Assembly (NCBI GenBank): GCA_903943955.1
Contig: CAJAPZ010000082.1
Span: forward strand, 2,078-66,077
Direction: 5' to 3'
Source of the DNA: an uncultured Actinomycetes bacterium
GTDB lineage: Bacteria > Actinomycetota > Thermoleophilia > Miltoncostaeales > Miltoncostaeaceae
DNA: 64,000 nucleotides
Shown: in pieces, positions 1-9,546 of the stretch
Layout: the number at the start of each line of letters is the position of its first letter
Position numbering within the stretch: position 1 is the stretch's first letter
The notes under the pieces: generated by a model
Database searches by the model: none
The model's input: only the letters and a program-made list of their open reading frames with translations
What the model was told of the DNA's origin: nothing
Translations under genes and position numbers: made by a program

Positions 1-2
1 AC

Positions 3-443
3 GTGGGAACCATCCGTGGGGGATCGGCCGACAACGTCGTTGCCGAGGAGTGCGTGGTGACGGGCGAGTGCCGGTCGCGCGATCTTGATGCCCTCGACAG
101 GCAACTCACCGCAATGGTTGACGCGTGTACGTGGGCCGGCACTGAGTGCGAGTGCGACGTGGAGGTGCGCGTGAAGCATCACTTCACCGGCTACACGCTT
201 GCCGAGGATGCTCCGCAGGTGGTGATGGCCCGTCAGGCGATTGAGGACTGCGGCATCGAGCCGGCGTTCGTGTCCACCGGGGGCGGTTCCGACGTCAACG
301 CCTTCCTCGTCAACGGATTCGCGTCGGTGAACCTGTGTAACGCCATGGTTGGGGTGCATACCCCCGATGAGCGCATACGCATCGACGATATCGAGCGCAT
401 GGTGGAGATCACCCTGGCCATCGTGGCTCGCGCCACCACCTGA
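3..443 (+). CDS. M20-family metallopeptidase (peptidase T / deacylase-like), C-terminal fragment; 5' end lies outside the window
   Basis: The ORF runs off the left edge. It carries an M20-like C-terminal region, FVSTGGGSDVNAF...NAMVGVHTPDERI. Confidence 0.6.
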   Translation: MGTIRGGSADNVVAEECVVTGECRSRDLDALDRQLTAMVDACTWAGTECECDVEVRVKHHFTGYTLAEDAPQVVMARQAIEDCGIEPAFVSTGGGSDVNAFLVNGFASVNLCNAMVGVHTPDERIRIDDIERMVEITLAIVARATT

Positions 444-450
444 CCCCGGC

Positions 451-1008
451 GTGAGCATCGAACGCATCGACGGGCTCGGCATCGAGTCATCTGAGTCCAT
501 GTACGAGGGTGAAGTCGTAGATCTGTCGGTGGTCCATTACCGACGCCCCAATGGTCTCGTGGTGCGCCGCGAGGTCATCGCACACCCCGGTGCGGTGGTG
601 ATGGTGCCGGTGGATGGTGCCCATGTGCTGATGGTGCGCCAGCCGCGGGAGGCGGTGGGGGAGTACCTGCTCGAACTACCGGCGGGAAAGCTCGATGTAC
701 CGGGAGAGCCGCCGCTGGAGTGCGCGAAGCGCGAGCTGGCCGAGGAAGTCGGGCGCGCGGCTGCCGCATGGGAGAGTCTTGGCGGCTTCTACACGGCCCC
801 CGCGATCCTCGAGGAGTACATCCACTGCTTCTTGGCCACGGACCTCTCAGCGATCGCGCACGAGCCGATTCCCGAGGAGGAGATCACGGTTGTGGCGTGG
901 CCGTTGGCAGATCTGGATTCCCTTGTGAATCGGGTGCGCGACGCGAAGTCGCTCATCGGCCTCATGCGCCTGGCATCCCGGCTGGATGACGGGTCGTTGC
1001 GCGCCTGA
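451..1008 (+). CDS. NUDIX hydrolase (ADP-ribose pyrophosphatase-like)
   Basis: Nudix box GKLDVPGEPPLECAKRELAEEVG. I start it at GTG 451, just after the upstream stop; ATG 499 is an alternative. The track ORF start at 349 overlaps the previous gene. Confidence 0.8.
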   Translation: MSIERIDGLGIESSESMYEGEVVDLSVVHYRRPNGLVVRREVIAHPGAVVMVPVDGAHVLMVRQPREAVGEYLLELPAGKLDVPGEPPLECAKRELAEEVGRAAAAWESLGGFYTAPAILEEYIHCFLATDLSAIAHEPIPEEEITVVAWPLADLDSLVNRVRDAKSLIGLMRLASRLDDGSLRA

Positions 1009-1047
1009 CCCGCGACCACCGTCCGGTCGTGGGGTATCGATCTGGGG

Positions 1048-1818
1048 CTAGCGGTTCTCCAGATGGCGGAGCGGCGCCAGCGCGAAGATCCCGAGCAGGA
1101 TGAGCAGGCCGAACCCCGCTATCAGGCCGGGCCACGTCTCGCTCCAGATGATTGACCCGGTGAGCTCGGCCGAGCGGGACGCGGTGAGGATGTACGTGAC
1201 CGGATTGAATTTGGCCACATTGCCCAGCCATCCGTGGAGAGCACTCAGGGGCACATAGGCGACCGACATGAACACCGAGAGGAACACCACCAACTGCATG
1301 ATGGGGGCGGCCTGGATTGTTCGCGCACGCAGGGCCACGCCGATCGCCCAGCAGGATGCAGAGGCGCCGAAGAGGAGCGCGAATCCATATATGAGGAGCA
1401 GCGGCAGGAGCCCCGGCAGCCAGACACCACCGATCAGTCCGGCGATGAACACAATGGTGGTGGTGAAGATGCTGCGCACCAGCGCGGCGAACATCGGCCC
1501 CATGATCAGCGCCACGCGCGGTGCGGGGCTCGACTGCAAGCGGTCAAAGAAACCGCCTTCCAGATCGCGCGCCACGGTCATGCCGGAGTTGATGCCAGCG
1601 AATCCCGCGCCCATGGTGGCCGCCATGGGAATGGTGAAGGCCAGGTATGAGGCCCCCGCGAACTGCGGGAGCGCCCCGATGCCGTGGAAGGCACCTGACG
1701 TCGCAATGAGGATGAACAGCGGCATGATGAGCGACGGGATGAACACCGACGGCACGCGTCGCACCAGCAGGAGATTGCGCCCGGCAAGCCCCAGGCTCAC
1801 GGCGAGGCCCTTCATCAT
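1048..1818 (-). CDS. ABC-2 type transporter permease
   Basis: Six-TM hydrophobic profile. It overlaps the upstream permease by 4 nt and is the last gene of an ATPase-permease-permease operon. Confidence 0.8.
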   Translation of the reverse strand: MMKGLAVSLGLAGRNLLLVRRVPSVFIPSLIMPLFILIATSGAFHGIGALPQFAGASYLAFTIPMAATMGAGFAGINSGMTVARDLEGGFFDRLQSSPAPRVALIMGPMFAALVRSIFTTTIVFIAGLIGGVWLPGLLPLLLIYGFALLFGASASCWAIGVALRARTIQAAPIMQLVVFLSVFMSVAYVPLSALHGWLGNVAKFNPVTYILTASRSAELTGSIIWSETWPGLIAGFGLLILLGIFALAPLRHLENR

Positions 1819-2606
1819 GCGGCCACCCGCAGTCGTCTGCGAAGCTCGAGTGCAGATGCGCCAACGGTGATGAGGGCGAGGCCGAGAGCGATTCCGATGC
1901 CGGCCAGTGCCGTCCAGATCGTGGCGCCCCCGATGATCTCAAGCCGCATCGACTCCACGAGGTAGGTGATCGGGTTCAGCGCGGCCACGTCGTGGTACCA
2001 GCCCACCATGGTGTCGAGGGGGAAGAAGGCCGACGAGAAGAAGAGGAGCGCGAAGAAGAGCGGGAACATGCCCTGCACGGCTTCGCCGGACCCGGTGCGA
2101 AGCGCGAGAAAGACCCCGAGGCCACCCACAGCAGCGGCGAAGAGCGAGGCGATGACCACCACCACGATGATGCCGATCAGCCCGCCATCGACCCGCGCCC
2201 CGAAGATTGCTGCGATCGCGATGAACAGCAGCGCCTGTCCCACGCCAAGGGCGATGGATGCACCCAGCCGGCCCGTGAGGATGGATGTGCGCGAGGTGGG
2301 GGAGGCCACCAGGCGGTCAAAGAAGCCACCCTCGATGTCGGTGGCGAATGCCGCACCGGCGGTCGTGCCACCGATCAGCACTCCCTGGATGATGGCGCCG
2401 GACACCGCAAAGTCGAGAAAGCTCCGCACAGGGGGAAAGCCCGGGATGGTCCCCGGCGCGCCCCCGAACGAGGCCGTGAAGATGGCCATGAGTACCAACG
2501 GAAAGAAGAGCGCGGGAAACCACGCCTGCGGCAGCCGCACGGTGGTGACGATTGAGCGCCAGGCCAGCGCAGCGGTCTGCCTGATGACGGGGACGGCCGC
2601 CGTCAT
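1815..2606 (-). CDS. ABC-2 type transporter permease
   Basis: Paralogous to the downstream permease (shared GGFFDRL motif). It overlaps the ATPase gene by 4 nt. Confidence 0.8.
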   Translation of the reverse strand: MTAAVPVIRQTAALAWRSIVTTVRLPQAWFPALFFPLVLMAIFTASFGGAPGTIPGFPPVRSFLDFAVSGAIIQGVLIGGTTAGAAFATDIEGGFFDRLVASPTSRTSILTGRLGASIALGVGQALLFIAIAAIFGARVDGGLIGIIVVVVIASLFAAAVGGLGVFLALRTGSGEAVQGMFPLFFALLFFSSAFFPLDTMVGWYHDVAALNPITYLVESMRLEIIGGATIWTALAGIGIALGLALITVGASALELRRRLRVAA

Positions 2607-3568
2607 GCGGTGGCGTCGTCCGATCCTGCAAGGTGACGACCCGTGCTGGCGAGGAATACGTCGTCAAGCGTGGGTTCGGCCAGATCGATCTCCGCGAAGC
2701 GCACACCGGCGTCGTCGAGGGCGCGCACGGCGTCGGCCATGGCGGTCGATCCTCCGGGAAGGCGCACCGCAGCACCACCCTCGCGGGCACCCGGCACCAT
2801 CTCGCCGAATCCGGCGAGCACCCGTGCAACGTCGTCCGGGGTCGACCCCTCGGCAGCCACCACTGAGAGCAACGGGTGACCGATCCCAGCCTTGAGCGCC
2901 TTGGGCGTGCCATCGGCCACGATCTGCCCGCCGTCGATAATGGCGACGCGGTCGGCCAACTGGTCGGCCTCTTCGAGGTACTGGGTGGTGAGGAAGACGG
3001 TGGTGCCGTGCTCCACGTTGAGCCGGCGTACCTCATCCCACAGCGTCACGCGGGACACCGGGTCAAGGCCGGTGGTGGGTTCATCGAGAAACAGCACCAC
3101 GGGCTCGTGCACCAGCGAGAGGGCGAGGTCGAGGCGGCGCCGCATTCCTCCCGAATAGGTGCCAACACGGCGGTCGGCGGCGTCTTCCAGATCGACCCTG
3201 CCAAGCAGCACGTCGGCACGGGCCCGGCACTCGGCACGCTTCATCCCGTGCAGCACACCCTGCAGCCTCAGGAGCTCGCGGCCGGTCATGTAGGGGTCGA
3301 TAGCCGCATCCTGCAGCGCAACGCCGATGCGACGACGCACGACGCCGGGCTCCTTCATCACGTCATGCCCAGCCACAATCGCGGTACCCGACGTGGGCCG
3401 CAGCAGCGTGGTGAGCATGCGCACCATGGTGCTCTTGCCCGCGCCGTTGGGGCCGAGAAAGCCGAAGATGCCGCCGGATTCGACGGTGAGAGACACTCCG
3501 TCAACCGCTTTGACGCCGCCCTTGTACTCCCGGACGAGATCCTGTGTCTCAACTGCTTGATCGCTCAC
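2603..3568 (-). CDS. ABC transporter ATP-binding protein (DrrA/daunorubicin-resistance-like exporter ATPase)
   Basis: Walker A GPNGAGKST, signature YSGGMRRRL, Walker B VLFLDEPTTGLD. Confidence 0.9.
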   Translation of the reverse strand: MSDQAVETQDLVREYKGGVKAVDGVSLTVESGGIFGFLGPNGAGKSTMVRMLTTLLRPTSGTAIVAGHDVMKEPGVVRRRIGVALQDAAIDPYMTGRELLRLQGVLHGMKRAECRARADVLLGRVDLEDAADRRVGTYSGGMRRRLDLALSLVHEPVVLFLDEPTTGLDPVSRVTLWDEVRRLNVEHGTTVFLTTQYLEEADQLADRVAIIDGGQIVADGTPKALKAGIGHPLLSVVAAEGSTPDDVARVLAGFGEMVPGAREGGAAVRLPGGSTAMADAVRALDDAGVRFAEIDLAEPTLDDVFLASTGRHLAGSDDATA

Positions 3569-3633
3569 GTATGCGAGCGTAGCCGCACCGTCACACCCAC
3601 GCCGTCCCCTTGCAGCCTCGCTATGGTTTTGAC

Positions 3634-3981
3634 ATGCCGAAAGAGGATCAGGCCGCCCGACTTGCCCGACTCGCCCGTGAGGCCCACGAACGGGTCGAGG
3701 CCCGTGATCTCGCTGCTGACGGCGCAGGTGCGAGTGATGCCCACCATCATCCGGCAGAGGCGGCGACCGATGCTGATGCCCGTGAGCGGCAGCTGCAGGC
3801 GGCGCTTCGTCTGAAAGTTGAGGAGGAGCGCCTGATCCGGGCAGCCGAGGCGGCGGAGCGGGGCGAATACGGCGCGTGTACCGACTGCGGCGAGCCGATT
3901 CCCGAGGCCCGACTCATGATCGTGCCCGGGGCCGAGCGGTGCGTCGCGTGTCAGGAGACGGCGACCGGGCGCCGTCGTTAG
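3634..3981 (+). CDS. TraR/DksA-family C4 zinc-finger protein
   Basis: C-terminal CTDCGEPIPEARL...RCVACQ four-Cys finger preceded by a coiled-coil-like region. Start is ATG 3634 (possibly leaderless) or TTG 3610. Confidence 0.7.
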   Translation: MPKEDQAARLARLAREAHERVEARDLAADGAGASDAHHHPAEAATDADARERQLQAALRLKVEEERLIRAAEAAERGEYGACTDCGEPIPEARLMIVPGAERCVACQETATGRRR

Positions 3982-4895
3982 GTGTCGCGGCGCACGATGG
4001 GATGCGCAAGTCGCCAGGCGATGACGGTACCCAGCGTCCAGACGATGCCCGCGACGGCCACATGCATCCACACAGTGGCCCACGGCAGCTGCGTGTACCA
4101 CTGCACCTCTCCGAGGATGACCTGTGCGACGAATGCCGGGATAAACAAGAGTGCAGGGACAATGAGTCCGCGATCATCCGTGCGTCCGCGCATCAGCCAG
4201 CCCACGAGGATCGCCACCAACAGAAGGGCGAATACGGCACGTACGTGTACGTATGCGGCGTCATTGAGCATCCCGAAGCGCTTGATGACCTTGGGGTCGC
4301 CCGAATGCGGCCCAGCTGATGTCACGAGCACGCCGGTGACGATGGCGGTGCTGAGCGCCGCCGACCACAGCACGGCCAGCAGCGTGGGACGTCGCGACCA
4401 CGCACGTGCGATGCGGTGCACCACATCGTCGGCGCCCAGGAATGCGACCACGCCACCCGACAACGCGATGAGCGACAGCACGAAGTGTGAGGCCACCAGC
4501 AGCGGGTGGAGGTCGAAGATGACTGTGATGGCGCCCAGTGGGATCTGCCCCACGCTGCCCACGGCAGCGACGACGGCCCCGACCTTGGTCGCCCGGATTG
4601 ATCCGATCGCCTTGAACGCCGCGATGGCTGCGACGATTGCGATGACAATGATGATGGCCGACGCGATGCGGTTGGAATATTCGATCCACGCGTGGTGGTT
4701 GCTGGCGGGGATGATTTGCCCATCTGTGCACAGCGGCCACTTCGTGCATCCCAGTCCGGATCCAGTCAGCCGGACGAATGCTCCGCTCGGGAGGATGAAC
4801 CAGAGCAGCACCATGTTGACGGCGGTGAGCCGACGGAATCCGCGCGCGGTGGTAAGCGCAGCCCACAACCGACGAAAGGGCCCCCGTCGGGGCAT
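3978..4895 (-). CDS. ctaA: heme A synthase (COX15/CtaA family)
   Basis: VRLTGSGLGCTKWPLC motif and a multi-TM body. I trimmed the 445-aa track ORF to ATG 4895 (MPRRGPFRRL...) because the upstream 140 codons are Arg/His/Pro-rich junk. Confidence 0.75.
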   Translation of the reverse strand: MPRRGPFRRLWAALTTARGFRRLTAVNMVLLWFILPSGAFVRLTGSGLGCTKWPLCTDGQIIPASNHHAWIEYSNRIASAIIIVIAIVAAIAAFKAIGSIRATKVGAVVAAVGSVGQIPLGAITVIFDLHPLLVASHFVLSLIALSGGVVAFLGADDVVHRIARAWSRRPTLLAVLWSAALSTAIVTGVLVTSAGPHSGDPKVIKRFGMLNDAAYVHVRAVFALLLVAILVGWLMRGRTDDRGLIVPALLFIPAFVAQVILGEVQWYTQLPWATVWMHVAVAGIVWTLGTVIAWRLAHPIVRRDT

Positions 4896-4997
4896 GGAAT
4901 TCGATCCCTCAGACACGCCCCGATGGTAAACCCGTTCCCACCCGCGGGGCATGGGCCAACCGTCAGTGATGCGGGCGAGGATCCACCCGGACGTGGG

Positions 4998-5489
4998 ATG
5001 TGGTGGGGACTCGGGGTGATCGTGATCGCGATCGTCTTGGCAGTCGCCTTTGGGGTGGCCACGCACGGCTCCGACGATGTGGCCCGTGCCGTGGTGGCGG
5101 CGCAGGTGCGCGGGGCACAATCGGGCGCCCCCCCGGTGAGCCCATCCGGGGCGCCAGCGGTGACGGCCGCCGGGGTGGCGTTCCCCAACCTGATGGATCG
5201 CCTTGGTTGGCGCGCTGTGGGTCGCCGTGACGACACCGTGTCGGACCGCACGGTGACCACGCTCATGTACGAACGCGTCGGCCGGCGCATCGCATATTCG
5301 GTGGTCTCCGGGCAACCTCTCGGCGCACCACCCGGGAGTCGGGTGATCGTGGGACGTGCCCCCGTTGTGTTCGGCTTCGATGCGGACGGCCGTACGGCCG
5401 TCATGCTCACCCGGAGCGGGCGGTCAGTGATCATCTCGGGCCTTGACGCTTCGCCGTCGGCCTTGGTGCGCGTGGCGCGTACACCCTGA
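4998..5489 (+). CDS. hypothetical single-pass membrane protein (extracytoplasmic domain vaguely like anti-sigma factor C-terminal domains)
   Basis: N-terminal TM segment WWGLGVIVIAIVLAVAFGV followed by a soluble domain. It is divergent from ctaA. The start is uncertain (ATG 4998 or ATG 4923). Confidence 0.45.
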   Translation: MWWGLGVIVIAIVLAVAFGVATHGSDDVARAVVAAQVRGAQSGAPPVSPSGAPAVTAAGVAFPNLMDRLGWRAVGRRDDTVSDRTVTTLMYERVGRRIAYSVVSGQPLGAPPGSRVIVGRAPVVFGFDADGRTAVMLTRSGRSVIISGLDASPSALVRVARTP

Positions 5490-5521
5490 CGTGATGGGGC
5501 ACGCGGCTACCATTCACCCCG

Positions 5522-6868
5522 ATGGCTGACGACCGGGCGATGCGGGCGCAGGCCGCCGGCACGCCGGCCGATGGCGCGGCTCCCGGCCCGGCTGACGCGC
5601 TCCCCGGCGACGCGCTGGTGCTCCGCGCGGCGGAGGAGTCCCTGGCGGGGCACCGTCGGGGTGTCCGACGTCTCACACCATTTCTCGGTCCTGCGTTCGT
5701 TGCCGCGGTCGCCTATGTGGATCCGGGGAACTTCGCCACCAACATGGCCGGTGGCGCCCGCTACGGATTCCTCTTGGTGTGGGTGGTGCTGCTGGCCACC
5801 ATCATGTCCATGCTCATCCAGTCGCTCAGCGCCAAGTTGGGTATTGCGTCAGGGATGAACCTGGCGGAGGCCTGCCGGGCTCGCTACCGCCGCCCCGTGG
5901 TGATCGGTCTCTGGATCCAGGCGGAACTCGTGGCAATGGCCACCGACGTGGCCGAGTTCATCGGCGCCGCGCTCGGACTGCACCTCCTGTTCGGGCTGCC
6001 CCTGCTGCCATCGGCGTTGCTCACCGCCGTGGCGGCATTCGTCATCCTTGGCTTGCAGTCGCGTGGAGTGCGCAGGTTCGAGGCGGTCATCGCCGGGTTC
6101 GTGGGGGTCATCGTGCTGGCCTTCGGCGCCCAGGTGATTCTCGCGGCCCCTTCGGGTGCAGACGTGGCGTCCGGGCTTGTGCCGGACTTCGACGGCACGG
6201 GCAGCCTGCTGCTGGCGGTGGGAATCATCGGGGCCACGGTCATGCCCCACGTCATCTATCTGCACTCTGCCCTTACTCAGCGTCGGATCCCGGTGACTGA
6301 TCCCGAATCGAAGCGCAGACTCTTCCGGTTCGAGATGGTGGATGTGATCATCGCCATGACCATCGCGGGGCTTGTGAACCTGTCCATGCTGGTCATCGCC
6401 GCAACCGTCTTCAACAAGTCCGGCATGACCGACGTGGGGGATGACCTCGGTGCGGTGTACACCGCGCTGGGCACAACGCTTGGCAGCCATGCCGAGATTC
6501 TCTTCGGTATTGCGCTGCTTGCCTCGGGCCTCTCGTCGTCGAGCGTCGGCACCCTGGCCGGGCAGGTGGTGATGGATGGCTTCTTGCGCCGTCGCATTCC
6601 CGTTGCGCTTCGCCGCCTCATCACCATGGCTCCCGCAATCATCATCATTGCGATTGGCGTCGATCCGGTCGTGGCCCTCGTTCTGTCGCAGGTGGTGCTC
6701 GCCTTCGGCATCCCGTTCGCGCTCATCCCGCTCATTCACGTGACGCGCGACACGGCTGTCATGGGGCCGCTCGTAAACCGGGTGGGCACCACGGTGGTGG
6801 CGATCGCCATCTCGACCCTGATCATCGCGATGAACATCATCCTGATCGCCCTCTTGCTCGGCGGCTGA
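5522..6868 (+). CDS. mntH: Nramp-family divalent metal (Mn2+/Fe2+):H+ symporter
   Basis: DPGNFATNMAGG Nramp signature and about 11 TM segments. Confidence 0.9.
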   Translation: MADDRAMRAQAAGTPADGAAPGPADALPGDALVLRAAEESLAGHRRGVRRLTPFLGPAFVAAVAYVDPGNFATNMAGGARYGFLLVWVVLLATIMSMLIQSLSAKLGIASGMNLAEACRARYRRPVVIGLWIQAELVAMATDVAEFIGAALGLHLLFGLPLLPSALLTAVAAFVILGLQSRGVRRFEAVIAGFVGVIVLAFGAQVILAAPSGADVASGLVPDFDGTGSLLLAVGIIGATVMPHVIYLHSALTQRRIPVTDPESKRRLFRFEMVDVIIAMTIAGLVNLSMLVIAATVFNKSGMTDVGDDLGAVYTALGTTLGSHAEILFGIALLASGLSSSSVGTLAGQVVMDGFLRRRIPVALRRLITMAPAIIIIAIGVDPVVALVLSQVVLAFGIPFALIPLIHVTRDTAVMGPLVNRVGTTVVAIAISTLIIAMNIILIALLLGG

Positions 6869-8214
6869 TGCAACGCGTATTCGCCACTGCACTCCTCGTC
6901 CTGACGATGTGCGCCACCGCCGCTGCCGCAGCACCGCGTGGGGCCGTGCCGCCGGTGCTCCGCATCGCGGTTGGCACGCCTCTCGAAAGTGCGCTCGCAT
7001 GGGGCGCGGCCAATGGTCCCCACGGGGCGTCGTCTGCCGGTGTGCGGGTGGCCCCAGGCGACCCGGAGGCAATCCTTGTCACCATCCCCCCCGACGGTGA
7101 TGGCACGTACCGGGCTGGCTGGTCGGTGCTTGCTCTTGATGGTCACCCGATCGCAGGCACTACCTCGTTCGTCGTGCGGTCGGCGTATCCGGTGGCGCAT
7201 GCGGTCACCCCGCGCGGTGCCGACGGAATCGGGCCGCTCGGGGTGTTGGCCCGGCTGCTGGTGCTGTGCGGCGTGCTCGGCACCATGGGAATGGCACTCA
7301 CGCGCCGATGGGTGCTGGGCGTGGCATGGCATTCGGGAGGCATCTGGGCCCCGGGCGAGCATGACGCCGCGGGGGTGATGCAGCGCACGGCCCACGTTGC
7401 CGCCGGGCCGGTGCGGGTGTGGTGGCGCACGTGGTGGGCGCTTGCGGTCACGTGGGGCGTTGGCCTTGTGCTCGGCCTCATTGCGCAGGCGTCGTCGCTC
7501 GGGATCAGCGGCGGGCAGGTTGGGACGCTGTTGCGCGATACGCGCTGGGGAATCGCGTGGATGGTGTTGGCGGTGCTACTGGCCATCGCCGCCGTGGCCG
7601 CCACGGTGGCTCGTCGGGGCGAGTTGGCCATGGCGCCATCGAGCGCACGCGCTGTTCTGATGGGTGCCCCGGGTGCTCTCGCGGCGGTGGTCCTCGCGTG
7701 GGCGGGGCATGCGGGAACCGGTACGGATGCCACCCTCGGGACCGCACTTGATGCGCTCCATGGGTGGGCGACAGCAGTCTGGCTCGGAGGGCTGGTGATG
7801 CTGGCTGTGCTCGCCGTACCGATCATCCGCCGCCTCGATGACCACGACGCGGTGCATCTGGGTGCGTCGGTAATCGTGCGGTTCTCAGCGATGGCGGTGG
7901 CGGCGGTCGTTGTGCTGGTGGTCACCGGCGTCTACCGGTCGCTGGCGGAGTTGCCGTCACTCAGTGCGCTGTGGACAACGTCGTACGGGGTCGTCCTGCT
8001 CGTGAAACTCGGAGTGTTCGCGGGCATGCTGGCTCTCGCGGCGTGGAATCGTTTCTCGCTCCATCCACGCGTGGAGCGTGCCGCACTGGGTCTGGGGGGC
8101 GACGCCACCGGTGCGATGTCGGCGCTGCGGGCCAGCGTGCGGGCAGAGATTGTGCTCGCCGCCGCCGTACTCGTCGCCGTGGCGGTGCTGGTGTCAATTC
8201 CACCCCCTGTGTAG
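6868..8214 (+). CDS. copper resistance protein, CopC-CopD fusion (YcnJ-like)
   Basis: Signal peptide, then a CopC-like beta-domain (LVTIPPDGDGTYRAGWSVLALDGHPIAG), then a polytopic CopD-like membrane domain. The ATG shares 1 nt with the mntH stop (TGATG). Confidence 0.8.
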   Translation: MQRVFATALLVLTMCATAAAAAPRGAVPPVLRIAVGTPLESALAWGAANGPHGASSAGVRVAPGDPEAILVTIPPDGDGTYRAGWSVLALDGHPIAGTTSFVVRSAYPVAHAVTPRGADGIGPLGVLARLLVLCGVLGTMGMALTRRWVLGVAWHSGGIWAPGEHDAAGVMQRTAHVAAGPVRVWWRTWWALAVTWGVGLVLGLIAQASSLGISGGQVGTLLRDTRWGIAWMVLAVLLAIAAVAATVARRGELAMAPSSARAVLMGAPGALAAVVLAWAGHAGTGTDATLGTALDALHGWATAVWLGGLVMLAVLAVPIIRRLDDHDAVHLGASVIVRFSAMAVAAVVVLVVTGVYRSLAELPSLSALWTTSYGVVLLVKLGVFAGMLALAAWNRFSLHPRVERAALGLGGDATGAMSALRASVRAEIVLAAAVLVAVAVLVSIPPPV

Positions 8215-8250
8215 CCCGATGCCGTCGGGGGGCGGTGCGATGATCGACCG

Positions 8251-9546
8251 GTGACCGCCGACTCTGAGAGCGCCCGGGTGTTTGAGGTCGACGACGTCGT
8301 GTCGGCCCTTGAGCGTGTGATCGGTGCGCACACCAAGACGGTTCGCATGCGCGGCGAGGTGGTCAACCTCAGATCCGGACGCGGCGACCGTATGTTCTGG
8401 TTCCGGCTTGAGGACCCGCGCGATGGCATGGACGCGCGTATCGACTGCTTCGCGTGGTCCAATGACGTGGGTGCGGGGTATGCCCTGGCCGATGGCGACG
8501 TGATCGAGGCGGTGGCGCGACCCGAATTCTCGCGTCGGGATGGGCGCCTTGTCGTGCGGCTGCACCGCATCGAACCTGCAGGCGAGGGGGAGATCCTCCG
8601 CACTATTGAGGAGCGCCGGCGCCGACTTGCCGCGGAGGGCCTGTTCGATGTCGCAAAGAAGCGCCCACTCCCCTTTGTGCCGAGGGGCGTTGGCCTGATC
8701 ACGGCCCGCGCAGGGGCAGCACGCGCCGACGTGCTGCGGCGCATTGAAGCGCGGCTCCCCGTACCCGTGGTTGTTGTTCAGGCGGCCATGCAGGGCCCTG
8801 CGTGCACGGGTGAGGTCATCAGGGGGCTCGCGCTACTCGACAGCGATCCGCGCGTGGATGTCATCATGATTGCCCGGGGCGGGGGCTCGCTGCAGGACCT
8901 ACTCCCGTTTAGCGACGAGTCCATGGCCCGGGCCATCCGGGCATGCGGCACTCCCGTGGTCGCGGGGATCGGCCACCAGCCTGATGTGACGCTCGCGTGC
9001 CTGGCGGCAGATGCCCAAGGGGCCACGCCCACCGCCGCCGCCGACTTGGTTGTGCCCGATCGGGATGCACTCGGGGAGGATCTGGTCGCCCTGCGCCGTC
9101 GCCTGGCCGGTGCCACGCGGCGTCTGGCGTCGCGGGCGCGCCGCGAGCTGGATCTGGTGGGCGCACGCCCTGGTCTGCTGCGGCCCCACGAGGCGGTGGT
9201 GCGCCGTCCCCGCGACCGTGTGAGCGGCCTCGGAATGCGCCTGCGCCGTGAGATCCGCGATGCGGCGGATGGCCCGGGCCGCGACCTCGCCGGCCTTGTC
9301 GCGAGGCGCCGCCGCGCGGGCGCGGCTGCCACGGCGTCTGCGACGTCGCGCCTTTCGGTGCTGCGTGCGCGGTGCGCCGGACGCGACCCGGCGCGCCCAC
9401 TCGCCGAGGGATTCGCGCTGGTGCGCGACATGTCCGGGATCGCGGTCACGTCGGCTGCGGCCGCCGTACTCGCGGGCGACGTCACGCTCACATTTGCCGA
9501 TGCAACGGTGCCCGCACGGGTGCGGGCCGACCAGGAGGACCGATGA
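8251..9546 (+). CDS. xseA: exodeoxyribonuclease VII large subunit
   Basis: N-terminal OB-fold region (VRMRGEVVNLRS...FWFRLED) plus a catalytic core (ITARAGAARADV...IARGGGS). It is followed by xseB with an ATGA overlap. Confidence 0.85.
   Translation: MTADSESARVFEVDDVVSALERVIGAHTKTVRMRGEVVNLRSGRGDRMFWFRLEDPRDGMDARIDCFAWSNDVGAGYALADGDVIEAVARPEFSRRDGRLVVRLHRIEPAGEGEILRTIEERRRRLAAEGLFDVAKKRPLPFVPRGVGLITARAGAARADVLRRIEARLPVPVVVVQAAMQGPACTGEVIRGLALLDSDPRVDVIMIARGGGSLQDLLPFSDESMARAIRACGTPVVAGIGHQPDVTLACLAADAQGATPTAAADLVVPDRDALGEDLVALRRRLAGATRRLASRARRELDLVGARPGLLRPHEAVVRRPRDRVSGLGMRLRREIRDAADGPGRDLAGLVARRRRAGAAATASATSRLSVLRARCAGRDPARPLAEGFALVRDMSGIAVTSAAAAVLAGDVTLTFADATVPARVRADQEDR

Noticed and set aside
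4896-5315. The 140-codon N-terminal extension of the ctaA track ORF (445 aa)
   Set aside because: It has Arg/His/Gly/Pro-rich junk composition and overlaps the divergent membrane-protein gene. COX15/CtaA homology starts at MPRRGPFRRL (ATG 4895).
5490-5521. Possible Mn-sensing riboswitch or MntR/IdeR operator upstream of mntH
   Set aside because: The spacer is only about 32 nt and lacks the yybP-ykoY core or an iron-box-like palindrome. Any regulator site must lie further upstream or within a mis-called N-terminus.
5849-7072. 407-aa minus-strand ORF antisense to mntH/copCD
   Set aside because: The sense strand has the Nramp DPGN signature and TM pattern. The antisense product is Arg/His/Asp/Gly-rich and lacks hydrophobic core segments.
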